DNA from: a virus
DNA: 64,000 nt
Virus record (IMG/VR): IMGVR_UViG_3300042893_001103
Span: 1 to 64,000 of that record
Strand: one strand, 5' to 3'
Part shown: piece after piece, positions 8,632 through 18,540 of the stretch
Position numbering within the stretch: position 1 is the first letter of the stretch
Layout of the letters: each line of letters opens with the position of its first letter
Position numbers and translations under genes: made by a program
The notes under the pieces: model-generated
What the model was told of the DNA's origin: nothing
Database searches by the model: none
The model's input: the letters and a program-made list of their open reading frames with translations, nothing else

Positions 8632-10930
8632 AAACTCCTATGTATGGGACCGGCGCTGGTCCGTATGTGACCAGGTTTAACCATGTTACCTGAATGGTAT
8701 TAAGGTTTTGAATATATGTAACTGCATCAGCAGTATTACCACTAGCAAATTTTCCCAAATGCTTTCCTGTGGTCAAGTAATAATCCCGAGCGTCTGCATC
8801 TGAATAAATTCTTCCGTTAATAACTGGGGTGTACACAACTTCATTGGCTCCGTCGTTAAAATAAGAACTCAACAAAGTGCTAATTGAACCATCAGTATTC
8901 TTTACTAAAGGTCTAGAAGTTAGCGTAATGTTTCCAGCCACAAGCGGAGTTGGTCCAGATGACGGGTAAAGGGTGGAAGGAAGTCCTGCTGCCGATATCT
9001 GCCCACTCGTTGGGTATATAGGCATGTCAACCGTCCATGGCTTAGCAGTCCTATTCAGTATACTTTCTACTGATTTTGGAAATCTGTATTCAAGAACTTC
9101 TTTTTGTATTAAAACCAATAGTTCTATATATTTATTTGCCTTTTCTCTACTAAGAAATATTCCATGATGCAAGTCTTCTGATTCATATTTTGTTTCTGCT
9201 TGGGCTGTTGTTAGTACCGTTGGTACGTTGTCGCACCAAAGGCGTTCCGTTACAACAAATACGCCAGCAATAGAAAATACCCACGAAGCAAGAGTTCCAG
9301 AACCACCAAATGCAGTGCAATCCATTGTCAAAGTTGTGCCCACAACAGTAATAATACCTTCCATGTAGTTTGCTGCGTTTGCCGTGCTGGAAGCGCGAAC
9401 TTTTTGACCAGTTGCAAAAGAATTGACTGATGGTGTGATTGTAAACACTTTTGAGCCAGTTCCTATTGCTCGTGAGGTTGTTGACACAGCCAAAATAAAA
9501 CCAGCATCTAAAGGAATTCCTGTTGCTGCTATTGGATAAACGTGAGGATTTAAGGTTGGACCTGCCAATGCTCCGTATTCATACTCAAGACTGATAGGCC
9601 TGTTGTAGCAATCAATATTTCCAGCAACTAAAATATCCGCAGGAATTAATCCAGAACCTTTAAAAGAAAGTAGTTCCGATTTTGAAATTGGATAAGTTTT
9701 GAGTCTTCTTGAGTTTGGAATTTTTGCAACATTCTGAGGGCCGACAGGATTTATCGTTGTGCCAACTCCAACAAATTCTGGAGTTCTTTCACCGAAAATT
9801 GGAAGACCAATACTTGTTGCTCCAAGTTTTGGTGAAGGCTGAAAATAGGAACTCTCAAATTTTTTACCTACTGGTAGTTGAGGTATCTTAGGCTCTTTTC
9901 CATTTACCTTCAAACGCTCTGGTGTTCTAAATTCAACAGAAACTGGGTCTGTTATCTGTTCCCCAAAAGAAACGCTGGTAATCAAATAAAAACTACTCAT
10001 GTTGGGAACGTTGTTTATTCTGATTGTCATTCCGGGTCTTAGTTGAACACCGTTGTCTCTGGCAACAAGGAGGTTCCCCTGACCTTCAAGCGGGTCGTTA
10101 CCCGAGTCTCGCAACGAAGGAAGACTCAATACTTCAAATTTTCTAGTATTTGACCTAAGAGATAGACCAGAAGAACTGTTGTAATAATCAGTTGGAGCGT
10201 ATTCCATTGGAATAAAAAATCTGTCTGCATATTTTTCAGGAAGTTTATTTGCGCCAATTATTGGCTTACCATTTTTTAATTTTATTCTTCCTTCAATTTT
10301 TTCAGTTCCCCATTTATACATAAGCCATTTATGTGTACCAAAATATAAAGTTCCATCAGCAACAAATACTACATATTGAGAATTATCTGCAATACTTTTA
10401 ATTACTGTCCATACTGAGTCCTGTTGATTATCGCCAGAGTTTTTGGAAGCACTTTTTATTCTTGCACTTTTTTCACCAACAAAACGAAGACCATAAAAGT
10501 TTGCCGCTTTTTGAACAAAAGCATAACCAGAGCCACCAATAGCGCTCGGTTTCTTGTCTCTCTTCATTTGCTGAATTGCTTTTGGCATAGCCTCAATTGA
10601 CCATTGAGGAGACGCACTTCCTTGCTGCTGAACACTTACAGAAGCAATCTCGTAAATATGTCTTTGTCTGTTTATGATTGGTTCTCCAGTCGTTCCTGGA
10701 GAGTTAGCAATTTTTATTTTTGACACTGAAGTCGTTTCATAAACTACATCACGGCCAATAATGAAATAATTACTAGAAGCCATTTCAAAACCAGGGTCAA
10801 TTACGGTAAACGATAACTGACTAGCCATATCCATTGTGTAACTAATGTTTAGTGTCAATAAGTTTGACGCTACTGAAGACATTTGTTTTGTTGTTAAGTC
10901 ACCTATTTGTAGTGATGTTGATGTAAACAT
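8621..10930 (-). CDS. Baseplate hub protein (gpD/gp27-like) with long C-terminal extension
   Basis: SQLSFTVIDP, DSVWTVIKSIAD, FVADGTLYFG, LRPGMTIRI...YLITSVSF motifs; upstream of spike. Confidence 0.7.
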   Translation of the reverse strand: MFTSTSLQIGDLTTKQMSSVASNLLTLNISYTMDMASQLSFTVIDPGFEMASSNYFIIGRDVVYETTSVSKIKIANSPGTTGEPIINRQRHIYEIASVSVQQQGSASPQWSIEAMPKAIQQMKRDKKPSAIGGSGYAFVQKAANFYGLRFVGEKSARIKSASKNSGDNQQDSVWTVIKSIADNSQYVVFVADGTLYFGTHKWLMYKWGTEKIEGRIKLKNGKPIIGANKLPEKYADRFFIPMEYAPTDYYNSSSGLSLRSNTRKFEVLSLPSLRDSGNDPLEGQGNLLVARDNGVQLRPGMTIRINNVPNMSSFYLITSVSFGEQITDPVSVEFRTPERLKVNGKEPKIPQLPVGKKFESSYFQPSPKLGATSIGLPIFGERTPEFVGVGTTINPVGPQNVAKIPNSRRLKTYPISKSELLSFKGSGLIPADILVAGNIDCYNRPISLEYEYGALAGPTLNPHVYPIAATGIPLDAGFILAVSTTSRAIGTGSKVFTITPSVNSFATGQKVRASSTANAANYMEGIITVVGTTLTMDCTAFGGSGTLASWVFSIAGVFVVTERLWCDNVPTVLTTAQAETKYESEDLHHGIFLSREKANKYIELLVLIQKEVLEYRFPKSVESILNRTAKPWTVDMPIYPTSGQISAAGLPSTLYPSSGPTPLVAGNITLTSRPLVKNTDGSISTLLSSYFNDGANEVVYTPVINGRIYSDADARDYYLTTGKHLGKFASGNTADAVTYIQNLNTIQVTWLNLVTYGPAPVPYIGVCGG

Positions 10931-10932
10931 TC

Positions 10933-12546
10933 TTAACCTACGGTGGGTGTTTTTTCTGGAAGAGCAATTGAGGGCTGATTTCCCATAGGGGTAGGAGTAA
11001 GAAAATTTTTCCCGGTTAAAAGATTATTTTTTGGGTTTGCGGGCGTGCACGGTTTTGGTTTACATGCCTTGGGCACCGGGTTGTCTGGAGCCAATGGTGG
11101 GAGGGGAATAATGTCTCTGGCAATAATTGGGTATTCGTTCAAAGTTATTGAAACTTCTGCTGCTGCCATTTTGCGACCATTTGGTGTCATTCTTGTTGCT
11201 GTAATTGACATGTCGGCAATTACCCATTGGATATTGCGAGTGTTGTTTACATATGGAAATCTAAAAGAGGTAGACGTCAATGTGTTTAAGTTATGCAAGA
11301 TAACTGGATATGGCCCACCACCCATTGCTCTCAGGTTTTCTATTTGTCCTTCAATATCAACATCAAGTCCATCGTTTACCACTACTGATTTTACATTAGC
11401 GGTGCCGGCGTCAATTGTGTCCGTTCTTTTGCCAGCAATTAAAAATCTAAAAGTACACTTAGTTAAGTTATATTTAGACCAATCAACCATTGCGTAGTTT
11501 CCACTTCTTTCAACCTCGTTCCAGACTGAAGAAAGTTGACTAAATTCAAAACTATTAGGAATTATATTAAACACGTGAGTTCTAATTATTCTTTCACGGG
11601 TATTGGTAACTGAATTAAAATCCGTAATAGTCTGCTGCATATATGGAAGATTAGTATTCTGTCCACCTATTTTTCTATCCGGCAAAAAATTAAGAACGGC
11701 TGTTGATTCGCCGTAAGATGGGTTCCCTCTTGCTATGGCATATCCATTTGGATTTTTTTTACCACCGGATACGCTTGGGTTGCTTCCGCCACCAGGCGAT
11801 GCGACGGTGCCAACACCGAAACCTAATGCTTCTTCCGCTTCGCGTGCTGAGGTGAATCTTCTGGTGGCGGCTCCTGCGCCAAATCCACTGTTTCCATTTG
11901 CGTCTGTTCTGTTCATTTGAGCAGGAGTCAGTCCGGCACCAAATCCACTATTTCCGTTTGCGTCTGTTCTGTTAATGGCTGAAGCACCGCTTCTACCATT
12001 TGATTCGGTGTACAAATAACTGTACATCTCTTCCATTTCTCTAAATGATTTAGTAAGAACGCTTACTAATTTAGAGTCAGCACCAGTTGAAGCAACGGTA
12101 GTTGTTGACTCAGCAGAAGTTACTGGTTCACCTTTTATGAACTTATAATCAGAGTCAGTAATGCTTATAAATATAAACGACCCCCAGTTCTTTACACTGT
12201 ATTGACCACCTCTGTTGAGTCTTTTTATTACAACGGCACTGGAGTAAGTAATTTTTGCTCCGCTAGAAGAAACGGCTGATGGTTCGTTTCCGGATTTACC
12301 CATGTTTACAAGAACTTTATAAACAGTTGTTGGTTTTTGTGTTGCTGTGTTAAAAAGCGCCCATACTGGTTCATCGTTCAATGACTTGTATGAAGTACAA
12401 ACGTACGTATCTCCACTTATTGGGTCGTCTGCGTATTTTCCTGCAATCTGACTGTCAAATGCCTTTTTCCCTTTTTCCCACAAAAGAGAACCGCTAGACG
12501 AATAAAACCTAATTGGGTTTTGATAAGAGTTTCCTTCTTTTGACAT
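10933..12546 (-). CDS. Tail-tube initiator / baseplate protein
   Basis: Position after TMP; C-terminal half FNIIPNSFEFSQ...WVIADMSITATR...AEVSITLNEY resembles tube-initiator proteins. Confidence 0.55.
   Translation of the reverse strand: MSKEGNSYQNPIRFYSSSGSLLWEKGKKAFDSQIAGKYADDPISGDTYVCTSYKSLNDEPVWALFNTATQKPTTVYKVLVNMGKSGNEPSAVSSSGAKITYSSAVVIKRLNRGGQYSVKNWGSFIFISITDSDYKFIKGEPVTSAESTTTVASTGADSKLVSVLTKSFREMEEMYSYLYTESNGRSGASAINRTDANGNSGFGAGLTPAQMNRTDANGNSGFGAGAATRRFTSAREAEEALGFGVGTVASPGGGSNPSVSGGKKNPNGYAIARGNPSYGESTAVLNFLPDRKIGGQNTNLPYMQQTITDFNSVTNTRERIIRTHVFNIIPNSFEFSQLSSVWNEVERSGNYAMVDWSKYNLTKCTFRFLIAGKRTDTIDAGTANVKSVVVNDGLDVDIEGQIENLRAMGGGPYPVILHNLNTLTSTSFRFPYVNNTRNIQWVIADMSITATRMTPNGRKMAAAEVSITLNEYPIIARDIIPLPPLAPDNPVPKACKPKPCTPANPKNNLLTGKNFLTPTPMGNQPSIALPEKTPTVG
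11875..11973 (-). repeat. Internal duplication encoding NRTDANGNSGFGAG twice
   Basis: ccaaatccactgtttccatttgcgtctgttctgtt vs ccaaatccactatttccgtttgcgtctgttctgtt, 60 nt apart. Confidence 0.85.
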
Positions 12547-15500
12547 TACATTCTCTCCGAGTTAGAACGTTCTGTGTCCTTAACTCTTTGCATAACTATG
12601 TTTGCTATCTCATTAGCCGAAGCGTTTTGGCTACCAGTTACATAGAAGTTGTACTGATTACCCTTACCGCCTGAACCCATAACCATAGGTTGCTGAGGCA
12701 AACCGGCAACTGGCATTCCAGTGTCGCCCATTGCACCAGAACCAGGAACAACATGAAGGTGTCTTGATTTGTTAACTCCGTGGAATTCAGCAAAACCACC
12801 AGTTGACCTTACAAGGGATTGGTACTGTCCGAGGTTTTGTCCAACAAGGTCATATGCTCTTCCGGTCACATGGTCGGAGTTCATTGAGCCAAGACCGTAG
12901 TTTCTGTATCCGGAAGTAACAGTTCTCTTTCCAGTTAGCATTCCGTTCATTGACGCATGGCGACTCATTGTCTGAGAAAGACGACTTGACGTTGTGTCGC
13001 CAAACGCCTGTCCACGTGGGGTGGAAGTGTCGTTCTTTTCCCACCAAGATGGTGGCGTGTTGTACCAAGAAGGAACTGCCTTGTCTGTCTCGGAGAAAAA
13101 GATTTTCATTTGGTCAATGAGTTGCGTTGTTTTGTTTGCCATTTCTTCAGGAAGTTTAGCCAGGTCTATGTTGTCTTGTTTTGCTGCTGCTGTTGATGTG
13201 ACCAGGTCGCCCATACCAATCATTGTTAACAACGCTTTTGTAGCATCTCCACCTGCTGCTTCAACCAGGTCCATACCGGCTCGCCCGGAAGGTAATGCAA
13301 AACCTGACGCTGATGCTTCCTGAAGTTTTGCTTGTTGTTCCGGAGAAAGCGTTTTGAATCTTTTTGTAAATTCGTTTGCGTCAATTGACTTGCCGGACTT
13401 CAATAGTTTTGTATTCAGGTTTCCACCATATTCGTTGCCTAGTTCTGTTCCTGTTTTATCAAGATATTCCAAGAACGCAGGGCTCTTCATGAAGTCAAGT
13501 TGTTTAGGGTCAATATTTTGAAAAGTTCTACCTTTATTAAAAGCCCCACCTTGCTCATAGTCTATACGCATTTGCGCAAACGCTTTTCCGCCTTCACCAA
13601 AGTAAGCGGTGTAATTTTTGGCCTGGTCAGAAAGATATGTATTTATATCTTCTTCTTTTACTTTTCCGCCACCTGCGGCAAGTTCTCTCAAAGACTCTGC
13701 TCGTTCGTCAATTATTTTGGGAGCAGCAAGAGATTTGTTACGTGCATCAAAAATTGATGTATTATCTATCACTATGCTTGTTGTGGCTGCTGCTATTTGC
13801 TGAGCAGTTTTAACTGTTGTCAAGCCAAGTTCTTTAAGAACTTCAGTAAAGTCTTTAGTGCTGTCCATCAAGTTGACGCCCATTGTTTTAGCAAGGGCTA
13901 TGTTCTCTTGGTCAGATTTTCCTGTTATTTTTGCCAGAGCATCAAGACGACTGTTGTAGTTCTTTTGAAGTGGAGCCATCGCTGCTTCGCTGACTTCCAT
14001 ATCTTTTCGCATTTTTCTCAAAGCCTCTCCAGGCTTCTTCATCATGTCTTTGTATTGCTTTTCTGAAATTGATGTTCCGTACTTGGATTGATTTCTATAA
14101 ACATTAGTTAATGTTGATTCTTGCTTCTGCCTGTCAACGTCTTTTTTGTTATTTGTTCCATAGCCGAGAGGATTCAAAACCCTGTTATCCAAAAGGCTCT
14201 TACCACCAAGTTTGGAAACAATACCAGCAGTAACGTTTCCTATTATGTCCATGTTTGTAGTTATGCCACCAAGAAGTTTTCTTGCAATTTTTGGCATTCT
14301 TTTACCAGTTAGGTTTTCAAATGCAAGTCCTGCTTGTCCACCAGTAGCGCCACGGTTAAGAACATCGGGAACTATTCCAGCGTAGTTCTTTCTATTTAGT
14401 GGAACCCCTTCCGTGTCTGCAAGGAGTTGTTTATTGTATTTTGATGCAGTTCCAAAAGCGTCTCTAGTTGCGCTTCTGCCAACCCCAGTTTCTTTACGTA
14501 CGGCATCAAGAGTAAACGAAAGCGAGTTATTAATAATGCTCTGTACTGCTTCACCAGCAGCGGCTTTTGATGCTTTGACTTCTAGTTTTTTCTTATTGAG
14601 GGTTCCCATGATTGCGCCAGAAACAGAACCAATAAGACCACCAATAATTGCACCTGCCGCTATTCCTAGAGGGCCACCCATCGTGCCAATCATTGCACCA
14701 GCCGCAGCACCGCCAGCAAGACCACTAACCGCACCGCCTGTTGCCGTTCTTGATTTAAATGCAGTTCCAAGACCTGCTACAGCAATACCTGCAAGTGGGT
14801 TAACTGAACCTACGGCACCACCTAAAGCAAGCGCACCCTGTGCCTCTTCTGGGGCAAACTGAGACATTGCACCGAGAGCAAGACCTGTTCCCATCCTTGC
14901 TCCTGCCGAACCTTGGAACTTTTCCATTCTTTTATAGCCCTTGGACTGTCTGTCTCCAGAACGAGCAGCACGTTGCGCCGCTGTTCTTCTTGCCAGTTTT
15001 GCTCTTGTTGTTAATTCACCTTTTTTGTTGGTTCGGTTCATTTTGTTGGTTAGTGCTTTTTCACCCGTGGGGTCTCCGGCATCCGCAGTAAAAGTGTCGT
15101 ATGAAGCCTGTCTTGCGAGAGTTGAAAGCATGGCCAATTTAGGATTTTTAAATTTTGAAACGCCAACTTTATAATCACGCGAGTTGTAAATTATGTTCCC
15201 GCTTGGGGATGTTTGTTGTGAACTATACGTTCCGGAAGGAACTGCCATTCTTCCACCAAGTGAAGACGATGGACCAACAGGACCAGTGAATCCCACTCTT
15301 CCTAAAGCGCTAGGACCAGCAATTCCAAAAGCAGGACTGCCAGGCCCACGTGGACCGTAAACGCCACCAGGTCCACCTGTTGCCGATGAAAAACTACCGC
15401 CACGCAAAGGCATGACCCCACCACCTCCGGGAAGCACGCCGCCCGAAGGAGCAACACGGGTTCCGGGAAATACAGGACCACCAGGACCGTAATGAGCCCC

Positions 15501-17267
15501 AGTTGTTCCCAGTCCACCGCCACCAGTTACTCCGCCTGCTCCGCCACCTGGAGCATAACCACCAGGTCTTGAGTTAGTAACTATTGTTGCATTCGGAGCA
15601 TTGATAGTTGCGTTTTTTGTAACGGCACTGGCGACCATTCCGCCTTTTGTGTTCTTCATTGCGTTCAGTCCGCCACGCATACCAAGCATCATCGCAAGCG
15701 CGCCTATGGTTCCTCCGCCACTTAATGAACGCATACCCTTCATGAAACTTGTCATTTGGCTAACCATCGCAGAAATACCATTGACAACATCGTTAATAAA
15801 AGGCATTAAGTCTTGTAGCAACTTTTTCATTTCTGCTTGAAACTTCATTATCTCGCCAATGAGTTCACCAATTCTATCTCCGAACTCAATTACGGTTGCT
15901 TTGTTATTTACTAGCCAATCATTGAACTGTCCAAAACTTGATGCGGCAACATTCTTTACATGCACCCAAATTGCGCCAAACATGCTTTCAATTACACGCG
16001 CACCATCTATGAATGGTCTTAGTCTGTCAAGCGTGGCATCCCAGCCGTATCTAAACTCTTTCCACCATCCAGCCATCTTGTTAAACATTCCAGTAACAGA
16101 GCCAAGGTTTTCGTTAATCAAGTTAACTGAAAGGTCTGTAAGTTTTTGAACCATGCTTACAAGACCATCAAGCATTGACGTCATGCCGAATCTTTGTGTG
16201 CTTCCTGAAATCTTTGCAAACCCACGACTAAGAATATTGAAAATCTTAAACATTGATTCTTTAATTGGCTCCAGAAGCGGTTGACCCATGTCTCCAAATT
16301 GAACTTTAAGAAGATTAAAGTATCCTTTAAGTTTGCTAATCAACGTTCCGGACACTGCTTCAAACTGACCTTCAAGACCAGCAGCCTTTGAAAGTTCACC
16401 AGAGGTGATTGCTGCTTCAAGAGATTTCTTGTTAGTTATTTTTAACTTCTTAAACGCTTCGTCAACTTTTGCTTTATCAGGAAATAGTTTTTGTGCGGAA
16501 ACTTTTGCTTCAGAGAATGATTTCTTTGAATCTTGAAGAAGCGCAACCAGGTCTGCTGCTTTTTTAATTCCTTCTTCAATCGGCTGACCTGCTGAAGCGA
16601 AGTCCATGAGTCCTTTAAGAAGCCCTTGGCTTTTTCCTGTGAAGGTTGAAGTTTTTGAGATGGTGGCAAAAGCAACGTTTAGATTTTCTACGCCAACAGA
16701 AGCAAGGTCCACGTCAGCATGAAGACCACGCATGACTTGTCTTGTTTGGTTGAGGCTAGAACCGAACTGACCTTTGCTGGTCGTTTTGTACGCAAACATT
16801 GCGGCTTGCTGTTCACGTATTGCAGCCGACGCAGCAGCCGCAGCAGCCACTACAGCGGCCATACCAGCAGCAAGTGGACCCATAGTAGACCTCATGAGTT
16901 TCATGGCTCCATTACCCAGCAGGAACGCAGCATGAACACCTAGCATTGCAGCACCCATGAGTGCCATTTCTATTGTGGCACCTTTTAGGGAAAGACTCAA
17001 ACCTTTTAATCCGACGGTTCCAACCATCTTGATTGCTTTGTCAAATTGGTCAAAAGAGCGTTTCCATTTAACGAGGGTTTTTGTAATAGGACTAGAACCG
17101 CCAGCACCCCCGCCTGCGCCCCCGCCAGTGCTTGACGCAAAACCAGAACCAATTTTATTGATTCTTCTCTCAAGTTTGTCAACAGAACTTTCAACGCTCT
17201 TGAGTTGTGCTTTAGCCCTAGCAGCACCGTCTACATCAATCTGTAGTTCAATTTTCGCTTCGGCCAT
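12546..17267 (-). CDS. Tape measure protein with C-terminal peptidase M15-like domain
   Basis: 1573 aa, Ala/Gly-rich helical, follows chaperone genes; C-terminal VTSGYR...SDHVTGRAYD...HLHV. Confidence 0.85.
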   Translation of the reverse strand: MAEAKIELQIDVDGAARAKAQLKSVESSVDKLERRINKIGSGFASSTGGGAGGGAGGSSPITKTLVKWKRSFDQFDKAIKMVGTVGLKGLSLSLKGATIEMALMGAAMLGVHAAFLLGNGAMKLMRSTMGPLAAGMAAVVAAAAAASAAIREQQAAMFAYKTTSKGQFGSSLNQTRQVMRGLHADVDLASVGVENLNVAFATISKTSTFTGKSQGLLKGLMDFASAGQPIEEGIKKAADLVALLQDSKKSFSEAKVSAQKLFPDKAKVDEAFKKLKITNKKSLEAAITSGELSKAAGLEGQFEAVSGTLISKLKGYFNLLKVQFGDMGQPLLEPIKESMFKIFNILSRGFAKISGSTQRFGMTSMLDGLVSMVQKLTDLSVNLINENLGSVTGMFNKMAGWWKEFRYGWDATLDRLRPFIDGARVIESMFGAIWVHVKNVAASSFGQFNDWLVNNKATVIEFGDRIGELIGEIMKFQAEMKKLLQDLMPFINDVVNGISAMVSQMTSFMKGMRSLSGGGTIGALAMMLGMRGGLNAMKNTKGGMVASAVTKNATINAPNATIVTNSRPGGYAPGGGAGGVTGGGGLGTTGAHYGPGGPVFPGTRVAPSGGVLPGGGGVMPLRGGSFSSATGGPGGVYGPRGPGSPAFGIAGPSALGRVGFTGPVGPSSSLGGRMAVPSGTYSSQQTSPSGNIIYNSRDYKVGVSKFKNPKLAMLSTLARQASYDTFTADAGDPTGEKALTNKMNRTNKKGELTTRAKLARRTAAQRAARSGDRQSKGYKRMEKFQGSAGARMGTGLALGAMSQFAPEEAQGALALGGAVGSVNPLAGIAVAGLGTAFKSRTATGGAVSGLAGGAAAGAMIGTMGGPLGIAAGAIIGGLIGSVSGAIMGTLNKKKLEVKASKAAAGEAVQSIINNSLSFTLDAVRKETGVGRSATRDAFGTASKYNKQLLADTEGVPLNRKNYAGIVPDVLNRGATGGQAGLAFENLTGKRMPKIARKLLGGITTNMDIIGNVTAGIVSKLGGKSLLDNRVLNPLGYGTNNKKDVDRQKQESTLTNVYRNQSKYGTSISEKQYKDMMKKPGEALRKMRKDMEVSEAAMAPLQKNYNSRLDALAKITGKSDQENIALAKTMGVNLMDSTKDFTEVLKELGLTTVKTAQQIAAATTSIVIDNTSIFDARNKSLAAPKIIDERAESLRELAAGGGKVKEEDINTYLSDQAKNYTAYFGEGGKAFAQMRIDYEQGGAFNKGRTFQNIDPKQLDFMKSPAFLEYLDKTGTELGNEYGGNLNTKLLKSGKSIDANEFTKRFKTLSPEQQAKLQEASASGFALPSGRAGMDLVEAAGGDATKALLTMIGMGDLVTSTAAAKQDNIDLAKLPEEMANKTTQLIDQMKIFFSETDKAVPSWYNTPPSWWEKNDTSTPRGQAFGDTTSSRLSQTMSRHASMNGMLTGKRTVTSGYRNYGLGSMNSDHVTGRAYDLVGQNLGQYQSLVRSTGGFAEFHGVNKSRHLHVVPGSGAMGDTGMPVAGLPQQPMVMGSGGKGNQYNFYVTGSQNASANEIANIVMQRVKDTERSNSERM

Positions 17268-17303
17268 GGGCTACTCCAGAATTACATGAGCGACCAAAGG
17301 TTT

Positions 17304-17498
17304 TTACGCTTTTTGCGCTTTTTGTTGTTCTTCGCGGTCGTTAGAAACCACTTTAGCACAAGCAAGGCGTATCAACCATTCATCATCGCTACAATCAAGG
17401 AGTCTTACAGGGTCTGTTCCAAACAGTTCACCTAATCGCGCAGCAGAGACGATTAGGGGGTCATTTACTAACTCCCCGAAGACTCCGTCGTAGGGTCC
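17304..17498 (-). CDS. Tail assembly chaperone C-terminal extension (gpT-like), reached by -1 frameshift
   Basis: ORF without ATG in the -1 frame: GPYDGVFGELVNDPLIVSAARLGELFGTDPVRLLDCSDDEWLIRLACAKVVSNDREEQQKAQKA*; overlaps the end of the chaperone gene. Confidence 0.7.
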   Translation of the reverse strand, partial: GPYDGVFGELVNDPLIVSAARLGELFGTDPVRLLDCSDDEWLIRLACAKVVSNDREEQQKAQKA

Positions 17499-18007
17499 GA
17501 GGTGTCAATTGTATCCGAGTAACCGGAAGCGTCAAGAATCGCCAAAGCGGCGGCTTCAAGGTGAGGGTCTACACCAAAGAAGGCACGAACTGCTTCTGGG
17601 ATTGGTCTAGTTGTATCTGTCATCGCAAGAATGTCGGCTGCTGCGAAGTTCATCGTGTAGCCATTCTCGTCATAAACTTCTTCGTTATCAAAAACGATAC
17701 CTACGGTGGTGCTTCCGATTACGTAGCAGGAGAACTTAATGGAGTCCATTCCGGCCTTGCTGTCTTCTCCGGAGTTCTTACGCCACTGACGCAATTGGTG
17801 TTGCGTAATGTTTGGGCTGATTCGCAAAGAAACACCTGGACGTTCTGGCACGTCAAGACGAACGACTGGTCGTTCAACTTTCTTTTGAATCACTTCTTTA
17901 AGGCGTGAAAGGACATTTGGTTCTTCAATCTTTTGAATTGATGAAGTCTTTGGCTCAGCCTTTTTCGGGGAATCAGGCTCGGTATAAAGGGAGTTATTTT
18001 CTGTCAT
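17468..18007 (-). CDS. Tail assembly chaperone (gpG-like)
   Basis: Between tube and TMP; ends ...SDPTTESSGS. Confidence 0.75.
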   Translation of the reverse strand: MTENNSLYTEPDSPKKAEPKTSSIQKIEEPNVLSRLKEVIQKKVERPVVRLDVPERPGVSLRISPNITQHQLRQWRKNSGEDSKAGMDSIKFSCYVIGSTTVGIVFDNEEVYDENGYTMNFAAADILAMTDTTRPIPEAVRAFFGVDPHLEAAALAILDASGYSDTIDTSDPTTESSGS

Positions 18008-18071
18008 GACAGCACATTAGCACAACATCACATGGATGGCGCAACTAGGCTGTAAAACGTTTATTTAATTT

Positions 18072-18527
18072 TTAGACAACGCCTTGAACAGCAAATGTGA
18101 GAGCAAACGTTGCTGGAGCACCAGATGATGAATCACCGTCTGGTTCAGTCATTCCAACGAGAAGGCAATTTGCATAGGTGCGGTCAAGACCTTGAACTTT
18201 GATGTCGCAGTCGTACGTTGTGACAGTTACGTCGTAGTACACGCGACCAATAAGCGGTCTCAATGTCTTAATCTTGGCTGCGATACCGGTTTGGGTGTCT
18301 GATTCCACTCTGTCGTCATCGTAGTGAGCAGTAAGTGTAATGTCACCAATCTCTGCTGGTGCACAAAGAACTTCCGGGAACTTTGCTCCACCTGGGTAGA
18401 TTTTCTCAACGGATGCGGTGATTTCTCCACCTGAAACCTGGGCAAATCTAAAACCTGTCCATTTTGGTGAATTAGCGCCAATTGGCGCAATTTCTGCGAG
18501 GATTTGCCTCTGTGATACTTTAGCCAT
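18072..18527 (-). CDS. Tail tube protein
   Basis: 151 aa directly after sheath; FAQVSGGEIT...IGDITLT...PDGDSSSGAPATFALTF. Confidence 0.8.
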   Translation of the reverse strand: MAKVSQRQILAEIAPIGANSPKWTGFRFAQVSGGEITASVEKIYPGGAKFPEVLCAPAEIGDITLTAHYDDDRVESDTQTGIAAKIKTLRPLIGRVYYDVTVTTYDCDIKVQGLDRTYANCLLVGMTEPDGDSSSGAPATFALTFAVQGVV

Positions 18528-18540
18528 CGCTTACTCCTGA

